Origin: a virus
Taxonomy: Duplodnaviria > Heunggongvirae > Uroviricota > Caudoviricetes
IMG/VR virus record: IMGVR_UViG_3300021400_002728
Span: 229,154 to 293,153 of that record
Reading direction: 5' to 3' (one strand)
Length of the DNA stretch: 64,000 nucleotides
The translations under genes were made by a program, and so were the position numbers. Below are positions 52,566 to 61,751 of the stretch, piece after piece. Under the pieces are notes generated by a model, which was not told the DNA's origin, did no database searches, and saw nothing but the letters and a program-made list of their open reading frames with translations. Each line of letters opens with the position of its first letter. Position 1 is the first letter of the stretch.

Positions 52566-53030
52566 TTACTCAGCCTTAGGAGCCTCTGCCTTAGGAACTA
52601 CCTTTGTCTCAGGAGCTGGCTTAACCTCTACCTTCTTCTCTGCCTTAGGAGCAGCTGCCTTCTTAGGTGCAGCAGGCTTCTTTACAGCAGCCTTCTTAGC
52701 AGCTTCCTTAGCCTTAGCAGCGTCTGCCTTTGCCTTCTCAGCAGCCTTCTTAGCCTCAGCCTTTGCCTTCTCGGCAGCGGCCTTCTCAGCTTCCTTAACC
52801 TTTGCAGTAGCAGCCTTTACAGCGGCCTTAGCAGCAACAGACTTTGCCTTTGCCTTAGCAGCAGCATCTGCAGCCTTTGTAGCTTCCTTGTCAGCAACCT
52901 TAGCGTTAGCCTCTGCCTTCTTAAGAGCTTCCTGAGCCTTAAGAACAGCCTTATCTACCACCTTAGCTGTAGCCTTCTTTGCAACGGGCTTCTTAGCCTC
53001 AACATTCTTTGCATCATTTGTCTTTGTCAT
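52566..53030 (-). CDS. Lys/Ala-rich histone H1-like protein
   Basis: KKAA/AKAK/PAAPKK low-complexity sequence. The likely start is MTKTND at 53030, after SD GAAAGGA. Confidence 0.7.
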   Translation of the reverse strand: MTKTNDAKNVEAKKPVAKKATAKVVDKAVLKAQEALKKAEANAKVADKEATKAADAAAKAKAKSVAAKAAVKAATAKVKEAEKAAAEKAKAEAKKAAEKAKADAAKAKEAAKKAAVKKPAAPKKAAAPKAEKKVEVKPAPETKVVPKAEAPKAE

Positions 53031-53090
53031 AATTTTCTTTCCTTTCAATATTAAAAGTTTTTGTGTTATATATGCTAACCGCATAGCGGA

Positions 53091-54308
53091 TTAACAACAT
53101 TCTTTATTGACTTCATATACATATCTCTCTAGCGACCAACTGCCACTATGATAAGCTAAAAGTCCAATAGGAATTTTTAATGTTCCATCCATACTTTCAA
53201 TAACTAGAAGTACATTAGTTACGATAGTTGATTCTTTTTTATTTTTCATTTTAAGTTTATCAGATCGAACATATACATTTGTAATATTAAATAGCTTTTC
53301 GTTCCAACTTGTGATATCAGGAATATTTTCAATTTTGAAATATCCTTTACGTATATTGTACGTTACAATTGCGTTGCTAAAATCAATATCAAATGTTTGA
53401 CAAACTAATTTACATGCTTCTTCTAATTCATCTTGAATATTTTTAGGTACTTTCATCAATAAGTCCTATTCTTTCTTTTAGAGTAAAAGTCCAATAATCA
53501 TTATAAGTAATACAACTGCCCATACAATAATTGTCTCTGTCATTATAACTCCTAATTATTCATTAAGTAGTTAAGCAATTCTTCATATGTATGATCTTCT
53601 TTATTAAATTTCCAGCTTGTTACAATAGAAAGATCTTCAGCTTTAAGCTTCTCTATAGATTCAACTGACGGTTCGAATTCCATAACTACTTTTATTCTAT
53701 TTCCACCACAAGTAGGAAAGTCAACTAGTCTAGTTCCAGAACTAATTGCTTTCCTACATTGAATCTTTATAAAACGTTCATATTCTTCTTTGGATAATTT
53801 CATATTACCATAACTCCCACTGAAGATCAACAAGTCTTTTATATGAACTGTTATCAAAAACCTCTTCTACAGGTTTTCTTCTTACTTTTCTTGCGGTTAA
53901 TTTCTTACAGTATTTCTGTATATTAGTGCTGTTTGCTCTTCTGAGTCTCTTAGGAATCTCAACATATTCGCCACCATAATGTCTTTTTCTATCATGAGCA
54001 GGAATAACTTTTCTTTCAGTAATAACAGGTACACGATATATCTTTTCGGTAATTTCACCATTAACATCCAAAGATTTAATAGTAATATACTTGTACTCTG
54101 TCTTTTCCTCTACCTGCTCAGGAATATGATCGATTACGATATGTCCTACATACTTACTATCCTTAACCCAGTAGCCTCTAGCATAGGAATACTCACCATT
54201 TGCTGCCTTCTTAAATCTATCCTTTTTCTTTAATGCAGTTTCTTTTCTTCTAAGACTTGCAATAAGTTTTGATTTTCTTACACCAGGAATAGTTTTTACT
54301 TTTGACAT
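53091..54308 (-). other. Hypothetical genes (53091..53459, 53552..~53784, 53805..54308)
   Basis: ORFs downstream of promoter 54337..54365. Confidence 0.6.
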
Positions 54309-54336
54309 AAACTGTACTCCTTATTTAATTAAATTC

Positions 54337-54365
54337 ATTTTAACATAACAATATTCAGTTGTAAA
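54337..54365 (-). promoter_or_regulatory. Sigma-A-type promoter
   Basis: CTA-TTTACA, 17 nt spacer, TG-n-TAAAAT. Confidence 0.7.
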
Positions 54366-54410
54366 TAGTTTTTTGAAAATTTTTTAAGATCTTTTTATCT
54401 TATATCAAAC

Positions 54411-55298
54411 TTATTCTGTAACTAATATTGTCTGATCAAATTTAGCACCATCTGTAGAAGTCCAACGAATTATATACTCTCCTGGTACAGTAATTTCTGT
54501 TACAAGTACACCAGAAATCTCGCCATTTCCATAATAATGAACATACTGCTTAGCATAATCAATGATCTCTGCGGAATGATTAGACATAGACCAAGTACAA
54601 TACTCAGCATCAATAAGAGCTGCTCCAGTATATTCTTCTACGATAGTAACTGTAAATACTGCATAGTTAAGCGGAAGATATGTTCCATCATCCATAAGTC
54701 TTACCCAAGCACATTCATAAACACCTGGAGTATTAAAATCTACATTATCAATTACTGGAAATGTATTAGGATACGCAGAAGTTCCTTTAATGATCTCTTC
54801 AATAGCAGTATTATAATCACAACCTTTAGGAAGTGTTACACTATGACAGTTAGAAACTGCTAAGCCTGAATACGGATCTGGTTCTGCAATAGATATTTCA
54901 ACTGAATCTGATACTTCATCTATAGAAGCAGTAATTGTAGCAGTTCCATAGTTTACAATTTCAATCATACCATTCTTATCTACAGTAATAACTGATTCAT
55001 CACTAGTAGTCCAGATAACTTCCTTATTAGTAGTATCTTCTGGTAAAATAGTTACATCTAACTGTAAGGTATCACCTTTACGTAATTTATCTATTTCACC
55101 AATTTTAATCGATTCTGCAGTAATAACTATCTCTTCAGGTTCTTCTTCAATTATATCTTCAATTACTTCTTCAATAGGTTCTTCCTCAACAATAACTTTG
55201 TCAGGAATTGGATCAGTAATCTTATGTTCAGTATTAGAACATCCAGCTAAACATAAAATACAAGATAATACTGCAATAGTTGCAAAAGATTTTCTCAT
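54411..55298 (-). CDS. Lipoprotein with Ig-like (Big_2) domain
   Basis: Lipobox LAGC; GDTLQLDVTILPEDTTNKEVIWTTSDESVITVDKNG...GTATITA. Confidence 0.8.
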   Translation of the reverse strand: MRKSFATIAVLSCILCLAGCSNTEHKITDPIPDKVIVEEEPIEEVIEDIIEEEPEEIVITAESIKIGEIDKLRKGDTLQLDVTILPEDTTNKEVIWTTSDESVITVDKNGMIEIVNYGTATITASIDEVSDSVEISIAEPDPYSGLAVSNCHSVTLPKGCDYNTAIEEIIKGTSAYPNTFPVIDNVDFNTPGVYECAWVRLMDDGTYLPLNYAVFTVTIVEEYTGAALIDAEYCTWSMSNHSAEIIDYAKQYVHYYGNGEISGVLVTEITVPGEYIIRWTSTDGAKFDQTILVTE

Positions 55299-55337
55299 AA
55301 TTTTTTAAATTCCTTTCTGTTTATACTCCCTAAATTT

Positions 55338-56438
55338 TTATGGCTTAAAATATTTGGTGCTATTAGAATCAGTTCCAACCGGAATTTTAATCAAATAATT
55401 TTTATTATTTTGAGGTATTTCGTAGAATCCTATTCCTTCACTCCAAATACTTCCAGCTTTTACGTTTTTCATTTCTGGTGAAATATCTAATAATGTACTT
55501 GGCAAATCAGTATATCCACCAATTCCTCTACCATCATCATTAAGATTACAAATAGTAATAGGTGATTCAATACCTGTTATTTTTCTTTCAGCAGTAAAAC
55601 TGCTAGGGAAGAAAATTGAATAATAATATACTACCCATTCACAAGCGCTATCATGTAAGTCTACTACATCATCTTTAGTTGCTTGATTACTTTCTAGTAT
55701 ATTATTGTAATCCTCAACTATTGATTCTGCGTTTTTTCCAGTTTCTATTCTAGTAATACTAATACAAACTGGTTCATATGAATCAATTTCTGGATTATAA
55801 ATATACGTACTAATCCATTCACCAATTCTAGCAGGTGAATCTAAACTACCTTCTACTATAACACTTTGCTGACTTAAGGGTACTGGCGTATAACATTCTT
55901 CTTTCGTCATAAATGCTAGATTCTGTAATGCATCTTCAATAGATAAAGGATCTTTAGTATTATTTACAATACTCATTCCAACTATGTAATTATTGATTTC
56001 AGTATAAAACACTCTTGTATAAGAAGTTTCATCTTCTATATAATTATTAGCTATAGTCCAAGAATCACTTACTCTACTACAATTAGCTGATATTCTAAAA
56101 TCAGGATCATTTAACTCAAAAATAGACACTGTTTTGTTTACATTACCTTCAGCGTCTTTTCTCTTAAATTCTCCTATATATTGAATATTATCTTGTGTTA
56201 GTAATAATGAACGATCTGTTTCTTCAAAATCACTTGTGAGTGTTATAGATAATAGAATATTATCAGTGAAATGTTGATTATCTAGATCATACTCATGACA
56301 GTCAAATCTAGCAGTTTGAATCTGAGGTTGATCTTCAGTAGGCTGAGCAGGTTCTTTTGAACATGCGCAAAGGCCAATTGTAAGAACCATACAGCTCAAT
56401 AAAGCTAGTAGTCTTTTCATAATACTGTTTCCTTTCAA
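55338..56438 (-). CDS. Lipoprotein
   Basis: Signal peptide with lipobox LCAC. Confidence 0.7.
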   Translation of the reverse strand: MKGNSIMKRLLALLSCMVLTIGLCACSKEPAQPTEDQPQIQTARFDCHEYDLDNQHFTDNILLSITLTSDFEETDRSLLLTQDNIQYIGEFKRKDAEGNVNKTVSIFELNDPDFRISANCSRVSDSWTIANNYIEDETSYTRVFYTEINNYIVGMSIVNNTKDPLSIEDALQNLAFMTKEECYTPVPLSQQSVIVEGSLDSPARIGEWISTYIYNPEIDSYEPVCISITRIETGKNAESIVEDYNNILESNQATKDDVVDLHDSACEWVVYYYSIFFPSSFTAERKITGIESPITICNLNDDGRGIGGYTDLPSTLLDISPEMKNVKAGSIWSEGIGFYEIPQNNKNYLIKIPVGTDSNSTKYFKP

Positions 56439-56458
56439 AATTAAAAACAGGAAAAGTA

Positions 56459-56713
56459 TTATTGATCTTCTCCTGTTAAGAAATAATTTGGATAATTCTG
56501 TTTCGTATCGTTAATGTATTCCTTGATTCGATCTACACAAAGTTGAATATCTTTATCAACTCCACCTTCGTATAAAATTAGTTCAGCACCATTATATACG
56601 ATATCGTAAAATGTGTCAGGATCTTCAGCAACTGGTACACCCTGTCGTTTTAGTTCACATGCCAACATATTTGCAACAGTTGTACATTGCAACTCTTTAG
56701 AAATCTGTGCCAT
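56459..56713 (-). CDS. Hypothetical protein
   Basis: ORF track. Confidence 0.6.
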   Translation of the reverse strand: MAQISKELQCTTVANMLACELKRQGVPVAEDPDTFYDIVYNGAELILYEGGVDKDIQLCVDRIKEYINDTKQNYPNYFLTGEDQ

Positions 56714-56717
56714 CTTT

Positions 56718-57212
56718 TTATTCCTCCATAATTTTTTCCATTACATAATGAGATCTAAACTCATCATTCATGTGCATGTATATATTTACAGGAATTTCAA
56801 GATGTTCACCAGTATCTCGGTCAACTAATGCAAGAATATGTCCACCATTTACAGTGTACGAAGTTCCATCAATAGAAATTTCAAACATTTCATCTTCACC
56901 AGTATGTAGTTCTTTTACCTTACGTGGTTGTCCATCCTTACCCATAACTACGTCACCTAATTTAACGTCTTTTGCAAGTTTAATTCGTGAACCGACTGGA
57001 TAATTATCGTCATTTGAAAATTCTTCAATAGTAAAACTTCTCTTTATTCGTTTTCCGTCAACAAGGTCAACAAGATGATGTTTCCTGTACATATTTTTAA
57101 TTAAATAGTCTTTTACTGACACAACTTTTTTACAACCAAATCTAAAAAGAGTTAGTTTGTAGTTTTCGTCAGCTATAATAAAACTACCATCATCTAAAGT
57201 GATTTTATACAT
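56718..57212 (-). CDS. Free-standing Hint/intein-derived protein (IntN-like, no N-terminal nucleophile, no HN)
   Basis: KDVKLGDVVMGKDGQPRKVKELHTGEDEMFEI..SYTVNGGHIL, preceded by a second degenerate block-B copy MYKITLDDGSFIIADENYKL..SVKDYL. Confidence 0.8.
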   Translation of the reverse strand: MYKITLDDGSFIIADENYKLTLFRFGCKKVVSVKDYLIKNMYRKHHLVDLVDGKRIKRSFTIEEFSNDDNYPVGSRIKLAKDVKLGDVVMGKDGQPRKVKELHTGEDEMFEISIDGTSYTVNGGHILALVDRDTGEHLEIPVNIYMHMNDEFRSHYVMEKIMEE

Positions 57213-57214
57213 TG

Positions 57215-58621
57215 TTAACGTCCTTTCACTGCATAATTTTTAAATGTATCTATATCATAGAATCCATTTAGTTTTTCTTTTGCATATCTACTATGTCTTA
57301 GTTTTCTAATTGCTTTTGACTCAATCTGTCGTATTCTTTCCTTAGTTACGTTATATATAACTGCAACCTGCTCCAAAGTACGTGGAATCTCATCATCAAT
57401 ACCAAATCTGAGTCTTAATACTTTACGTGCTCTGTCATCAGTTATTACTTCATTAATAACATCATTCATAATCTCTTTTAGCTGAAGCTTTTCTACTTCT
57501 TCTTCAGGTGAAGGCATTTTAGACGGAATAAAGTCACCTAAAACTGAATCTTCATCCTCTTCATTTCTAACTGGAGCAGATAATGATACTATATTTCCTT
57601 CAAAAGTCGCCTCATATAATCTTAATGTAGGAATATCGATTGATGTAATTGACGAGCTAGCAAAAAGCTTATTTTCATTAATATAATCAACTAGTTCTTC
57701 TTCAGTGCACGCTCGATCTAACTTCTTTTCAAGTTCTACTTTTGAATGCCTATTTTTAATGGCTTGCTCACATGCATGTATAGGAAGTCTTATAGTTCTA
57801 CTATCATTTCCTAAACCTCTAAGAATACTCTGTTTGATCCACCATGTCGCATAAGTGGAAAACTTAAATCCAAGTGAAGGATCAAATTTATCAACAGCTG
57901 TCATAAGCCCAATATTACCATACTGAATTAAATCCATAAATGATAATGCTGGATTGGCAAAATGTTTAGCTATTGATACTACAAGTCTTAAATTATGATT
58001 AATTAGTTTGTTTTTAACTTCAGGATCATGTGTATCTGCATATTGTAACGCTAATGCAATTTCATCTTCAGGACTAAGTAGCTCATATTGTCCTATATCT
58101 AATAAATATTGTTTTACACTATCTATAGTATAGTATGTAGTTGGAATTTTATCTGGATCTATATCGTCATCATCTTCAGCTACTTCATATGCGTCTTCAA
58201 ATTCAGATAGTTCTATATCATTAATATCAGTAATATCAGTAATAGGTACATCTACATCATTTATTTCTTTTACTATATATCCAAGTTGTTCAATATATTT
58301 CACAAATAATTTTAACTTATTATCATTAACTGCGACTGTAATGTCGTTAAGATCAACATATTTATGATCCTTTGCACCTTTACATAATTTTTTAATTACT
58401 TGCATTTCATCTTTATTAAAGTTAATAGATGAAATCTTACCTTTTTCAGTAATAATGATTCCTTTCTCTATGAAATAACAGACAGCATTTGCATGCTGTC
58501 CGTCAGTTCTAAAGTGAGAATTTTTGTCTACTTCAGTTATAAGTGTTGAGTAATCTAATGAATTGTTTTTAATGAATGTTTTTTCAATTGATTGACATTT
58601 TTTAATCAAATCCTTATTCAT
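57215..58621 (-). CDS. RpoD-like sigma-70 factor
   Basis: DSVKQYL, NLRLVVSIAK, DLIQYGNIGLMTAVDKFD, FSTYATWWIKQ and TLEQV...TKERIRQIE. Confidence 0.95.
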   Translation of the reverse strand: MNKDLIKKCQSIEKTFIKNNSLDYSTLITEVDKNSHFRTDGQHANAVCYFIEKGIIITEKGKISSINFNKDEMQVIKKLCKGAKDHKYVDLNDITVAVNDNKLKLFVKYIEQLGYIVKEINDVDVPITDITDINDIELSEFEDAYEVAEDDDDIDPDKIPTTYYTIDSVKQYLLDIGQYELLSPEDEIALALQYADTHDPEVKNKLINHNLRLVVSIAKHFANPALSFMDLIQYGNIGLMTAVDKFDPSLGFKFSTYATWWIKQSILRGLGNDSRTIRLPIHACEQAIKNRHSKVELEKKLDRACTEEELVDYINENKLFASSSITSIDIPTLRLYEATFEGNIVSLSAPVRNEEDEDSVLGDFIPSKMPSPEEEVEKLQLKEIMNDVINEVITDDRARKVLRLRFGIDDEIPRTLEQVAVIYNVTKERIRQIESKAIRKLRHSRYAKEKLNGFYDIDTFKNYAVKGR

Positions 58622-58634
58622 TCAAAAAACTCCT

Positions 58635-60002
58635 TTATACACTAATCAGATCTCTAAGTTCTTTTCTAAATCTTAGTTTTCTCTTAGCTTTATCTTCAAT
58701 CTGTCTTATACGCTCACGCGTTACACCATAAATCCGTCCAACCTGTTCAAGCGTCATTGGTTCTCTATTATCAAAACCAAATCTATACTTTAATATTGCT
58801 ACTTCTTTTGGTGTTAAGTACTTTTCAAATACTTCATCAAACTTTTCTTTTAAGTCATTACTTTCAGCATGACTTTCTACATTAGACGATTGATCAGGAA
58901 TAAAGTCACCTAAGTATGACTGTTCACCGTGCTCATCTTCACCAATAGGAGTAAACAATGAAACTGCGTTAGTCATATCATAATAATGTAAGTATTCTTT
59001 TATCTTAGCCGCAGTAATGGTCTTATTATTAGCAGTAGTTTTTACAACCCAACCCTTTTCATTACAAAGTTTTGCAATTTCTTCTGGTTCAGGCTGCGAT
59101 TCATTGCCTTTAGTTAGCTGAATTTCCTTAATTGCTTTATGAATATATCTAAGTTGTTCGGTTGCATGGACTGGAAGTCTAATAGTTCTACCTTCATCAG
59201 CAAGTGCTCTAGTAATAGATTGACGAATCCACCAAGTAGCATAAGTAGAAAACTTAAACCCAAGTTCAGGATCAAATCTTTCTACTGCCTTCATAACTCC
59301 CATATTACCTACTTGGATAATATCTTCAAAATCTAATGAACTAGATCCACTAAATACATATCTTTTGGCTATGCTAACAACTAATTTAAGATTATATTCT
59401 ACTAAAAGCTGTCCAGCTAAAGTATCACCCTTTTGGTAACGTCTAGCTAAATCTGCTTCTTCTTTAGATGAAAGTAGTTTATTATCATGTAATGATGAAA
59501 TATCTTTAAGATATTGTTTTACACCATCTATTTCATAATAAGTGTTAGCTTTATCATCTTCAATATCTTTAAGTTCAGCTTCAGTAGGCTCATTATCAGA
59601 TTCGTCTATATAAGATTCAAATGCTTCGTCTTCAATGGCTTCCATTAGATTTTCATCTAATTCTTCTGGTAATTCAGTTGAGTCTTCGTCTTTTATAGTA
59701 GACTTTATAGGCTTAGTATAAAAATTAGTTTTATTTTTATTAGACTTGCTAGACTTACTTCTTTTAGTATTGGTTTTCTTTGGTTTAGCCTCTTTTACTG
59801 TAGGCATTTCAACTACTATTCCATTAGCTTCTAAATAGTCTAAAGCATTAGGAATAGTGGTGTTATATCTTAACAAATCTTTATTTTTAGCAATTTCATT
59901 TATAAGATCACTATAAAGAAGAGTTTTATTTGTAGCAAGATTTATAAGTTTATCACATTTTGTTTTAAGCTTACTATTCATATACTTACTCTCCTTTCCC
60001 AT
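58635..60002 (-). CDS. RpoD-like sigma-70 factor
   Basis: NLKLVVSIAKRY, FSTYATWWIRQSITRA and TLEQVG...TRERIRQIE. Confidence 0.95.
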   Translation of the reverse strand: MGKESKYMNSKLKTKCDKLINLATNKTLLYSDLINEIAKNKDLLRYNTTIPNALDYLEANGIVVEMPTVKEAKPKKTNTKRSKSSKSNKNKTNFYTKPIKSTIKDEDSTELPEELDENLMEAIEDEAFESYIDESDNEPTEAELKDIEDDKANTYYEIDGVKQYLKDISSLHDNKLLSSKEEADLARRYQKGDTLAGQLLVEYNLKLVVSIAKRYVFSGSSSLDFEDIIQVGNMGVMKAVERFDPELGFKFSTYATWWIRQSITRALADEGRTIRLPVHATEQLRYIHKAIKEIQLTKGNESQPEPEEIAKLCNEKGWVVKTTANNKTITAAKIKEYLHYYDMTNAVSLFTPIGEDEHGEQSYLGDFIPDQSSNVESHAESNDLKEKFDEVFEKYLTPKEVAILKYRFGFDNREPMTLEQVGRIYGVTRERIRQIEDKAKRKLRFRKELRDLISV

Positions 60003-60063
60003 TTAATGAATTTAGATCAATCTATATATCATGATCTATTATATTATTTTAATAATAACATCA

Positions 60064-60951
60064 TTAGTTATCATTGTAAATAGTTTTTTCTGTATCATCA
60101 AAATTTTCTACGCTGTCTGCCTCATTGTTAATAAGATCAATATCGTCTGAATCAATAAGTTTACCAATTACAATAAGACGTCCATTAGTAACATGATATG
60201 CACATGTAGATAATGTAACTAATCTATCACCATATTCTACATCACCAATTCCAGTAGTTTTATACAATGATTTCTTAGCTATCCAGTCAATATATTCATT
60301 AAACTCATCTTCTGTACAATCTACTACTTCCCAATAAGGAAATGCACCTTCATTTACGTGAGTTAAAACTACACCAATGATTTCATATGTACCTGTTCTA
60401 TAGATTGTATCAAAAGTGAAAGTCTTGTGTTCTTTGTAAAATGCTTCTTTTTGGAATAAAGTTAAATGATTGAACATTGTTCCAGCTCGCATGTGATGGC
60501 CATAAATGACTATATTGTCTGAAGGTCTCTCAATATCTGATGCTGAATTACAGAATGGAACACCTGCATAGTCATAATTTTTATAGAAATTTCTGTGAAG
60601 ATAGTATTCTTCATTTCCAGGTGTCTGCATTACAGGATAATCGATACTTGTACCATCAACTGTAAGCCATCCAACAAAATCACTATTTGCTTCTATAAGT
60701 GCACTGAAGTCAGGTTTAGTACGAACATCTAATGCATGTCCATTATTTCCAGAACCTAACCCAGTTTTATCTCTTAGTTGTTCATCATCAATAGGTACTT
60801 CGACTATAAGATCTTTTAAGTCATCAAATGTACTTTCAGCTTCATGTGAGTCTTTAAAATACAAAAACAAATATGTACCTACTGTTGTGATTAAAAAGAG
60901 TCCAATAAGTAAAAACATATAAGGGACTGCTGATCTAATCTTAGTTTTCAT
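60064..60951 (-). CDS. srtB: Class B sortase
   Basis: N-terminal TM; NSDFVGWL, IDYPVMQ, YYLHRNF, IYGHHM and VTLSTC...GRLIV. Confidence 0.92.
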   Translation of the reverse strand: MKTKIRSAVPYMFLLIGLFLITTVGTYLFLYFKDSHEAESTFDDLKDLIVEVPIDDEQLRDKTGLGSGNNGHALDVRTKPDFSALIEANSDFVGWLTVDGTSIDYPVMQTPGNEEYYLHRNFYKNYDYAGVPFCNSASDIERPSDNIVIYGHHMRAGTMFNHLTLFQKEAFYKEHKTFTFDTIYRTGTYEIIGVVLTHVNEGAFPYWEVVDCTEDEFNEYIDWIAKKSLYKTTGIGDVEYGDRLVTLSTCAYHVTNGRLIVIGKLIDSDDIDLINNEADSVENFDDTEKTIYNDN

Positions 60952-60967
60952 AATCTTCCCATCCTCT

Positions 60968-61747
60968 TTAATGTATTATACTTAGAATGTGCTCATCTAA
61001 GTAATGCTTACAGCCTTCTTTAAGTTCATCAGGAACTCCATAATAGGCTTCAGCAATAGAACCAGTAATGGCTCCAATAGTGTCACTGTCACCACCCATA
61101 GAAATTGCAGTTCTGATAGCATCTTCAAAACTTCTGCTTTCTAAGAATGATTCAACTGCAACTGGAATAGTACCTTGACAAGAAACATCAAACTTATATT
61201 TAGGTCTAACAAAACCACATCTATGAAGCTTATACTTCATTGTAAGTTCAATATATCGTTTAACTTCTCTTTTACTATGTGTTGTTCGAGCTATAAATAC
61301 TGCACCTGCTGCAGCTTTAGCTCCTCTTATTCCCTCAATATGGTTATGCGAAGGCTTAGCAGAAAGTTCTGCCATTCTTTCGACTTCTTCAAGAGAATCG
61401 AAAAGCCAACCAATTGATGATACTCTCATAGCAGATCCGTTTCCCCAACTATTATAAGGCTGAGGATTATCACTGAATATCCATTCACAGAATCTACCAC
61501 CATATCCAGCACCAGGATATTCACGACCCCATTTAACCATAGAGTCTCTAAAGCATTCTTCAATTTCTAATGAATCAGTATATCCATTTTCTTTGATTTC
61601 TTTACAAGCCTCATATATAGCCATAGTCATTACTGTATCATCTGTAAAACGATCCTCATAATTAAAAAACTCAAAGTCTTTTCCTTTGTAGTCATAACAT
61701 TCGAATCTGCTTCCAGCAATATCACCAATGGTTGCTCCAAATAACAT
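60968..61747 (-). CDS. ADP-ribosylglycohydrolase
   Basis: GDIAG, FTDDT, GNGSAMR and GGDSDTIGAITG. Confidence 0.93.
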   Translation of the reverse strand: MLFGATIGDIAGSRFECYDYKGKDFEFFNYEDRFTDDTVMTMAIYEACKEIKENGYTDSLEIEECFRDSMVKWGREYPGAGYGGRFCEWIFSDNPQPYNSWGNGSAMRVSSIGWLFDSLEEVERMAELSAKPSHNHIEGIRGAKAAAGAVFIARTTHSKREVKRYIELTMKYKLHRCGFVRPKYKFDVSCQGTIPVAVESFLESRSFEDAIRTAISMGGDSDTIGAITGSIAEAYYGVPDELKEGCKHYLDEHILSIIH

Positions 61748-61751
61748 AATC

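Noticed and set aside
52516-52935. Plus-strand 139-aa Ala/Phe/Leu-rich ORF and other plus-strand ORFs
   Set aside because: They are antisense shadows of minus-strand genes, with no SD or promoter support.
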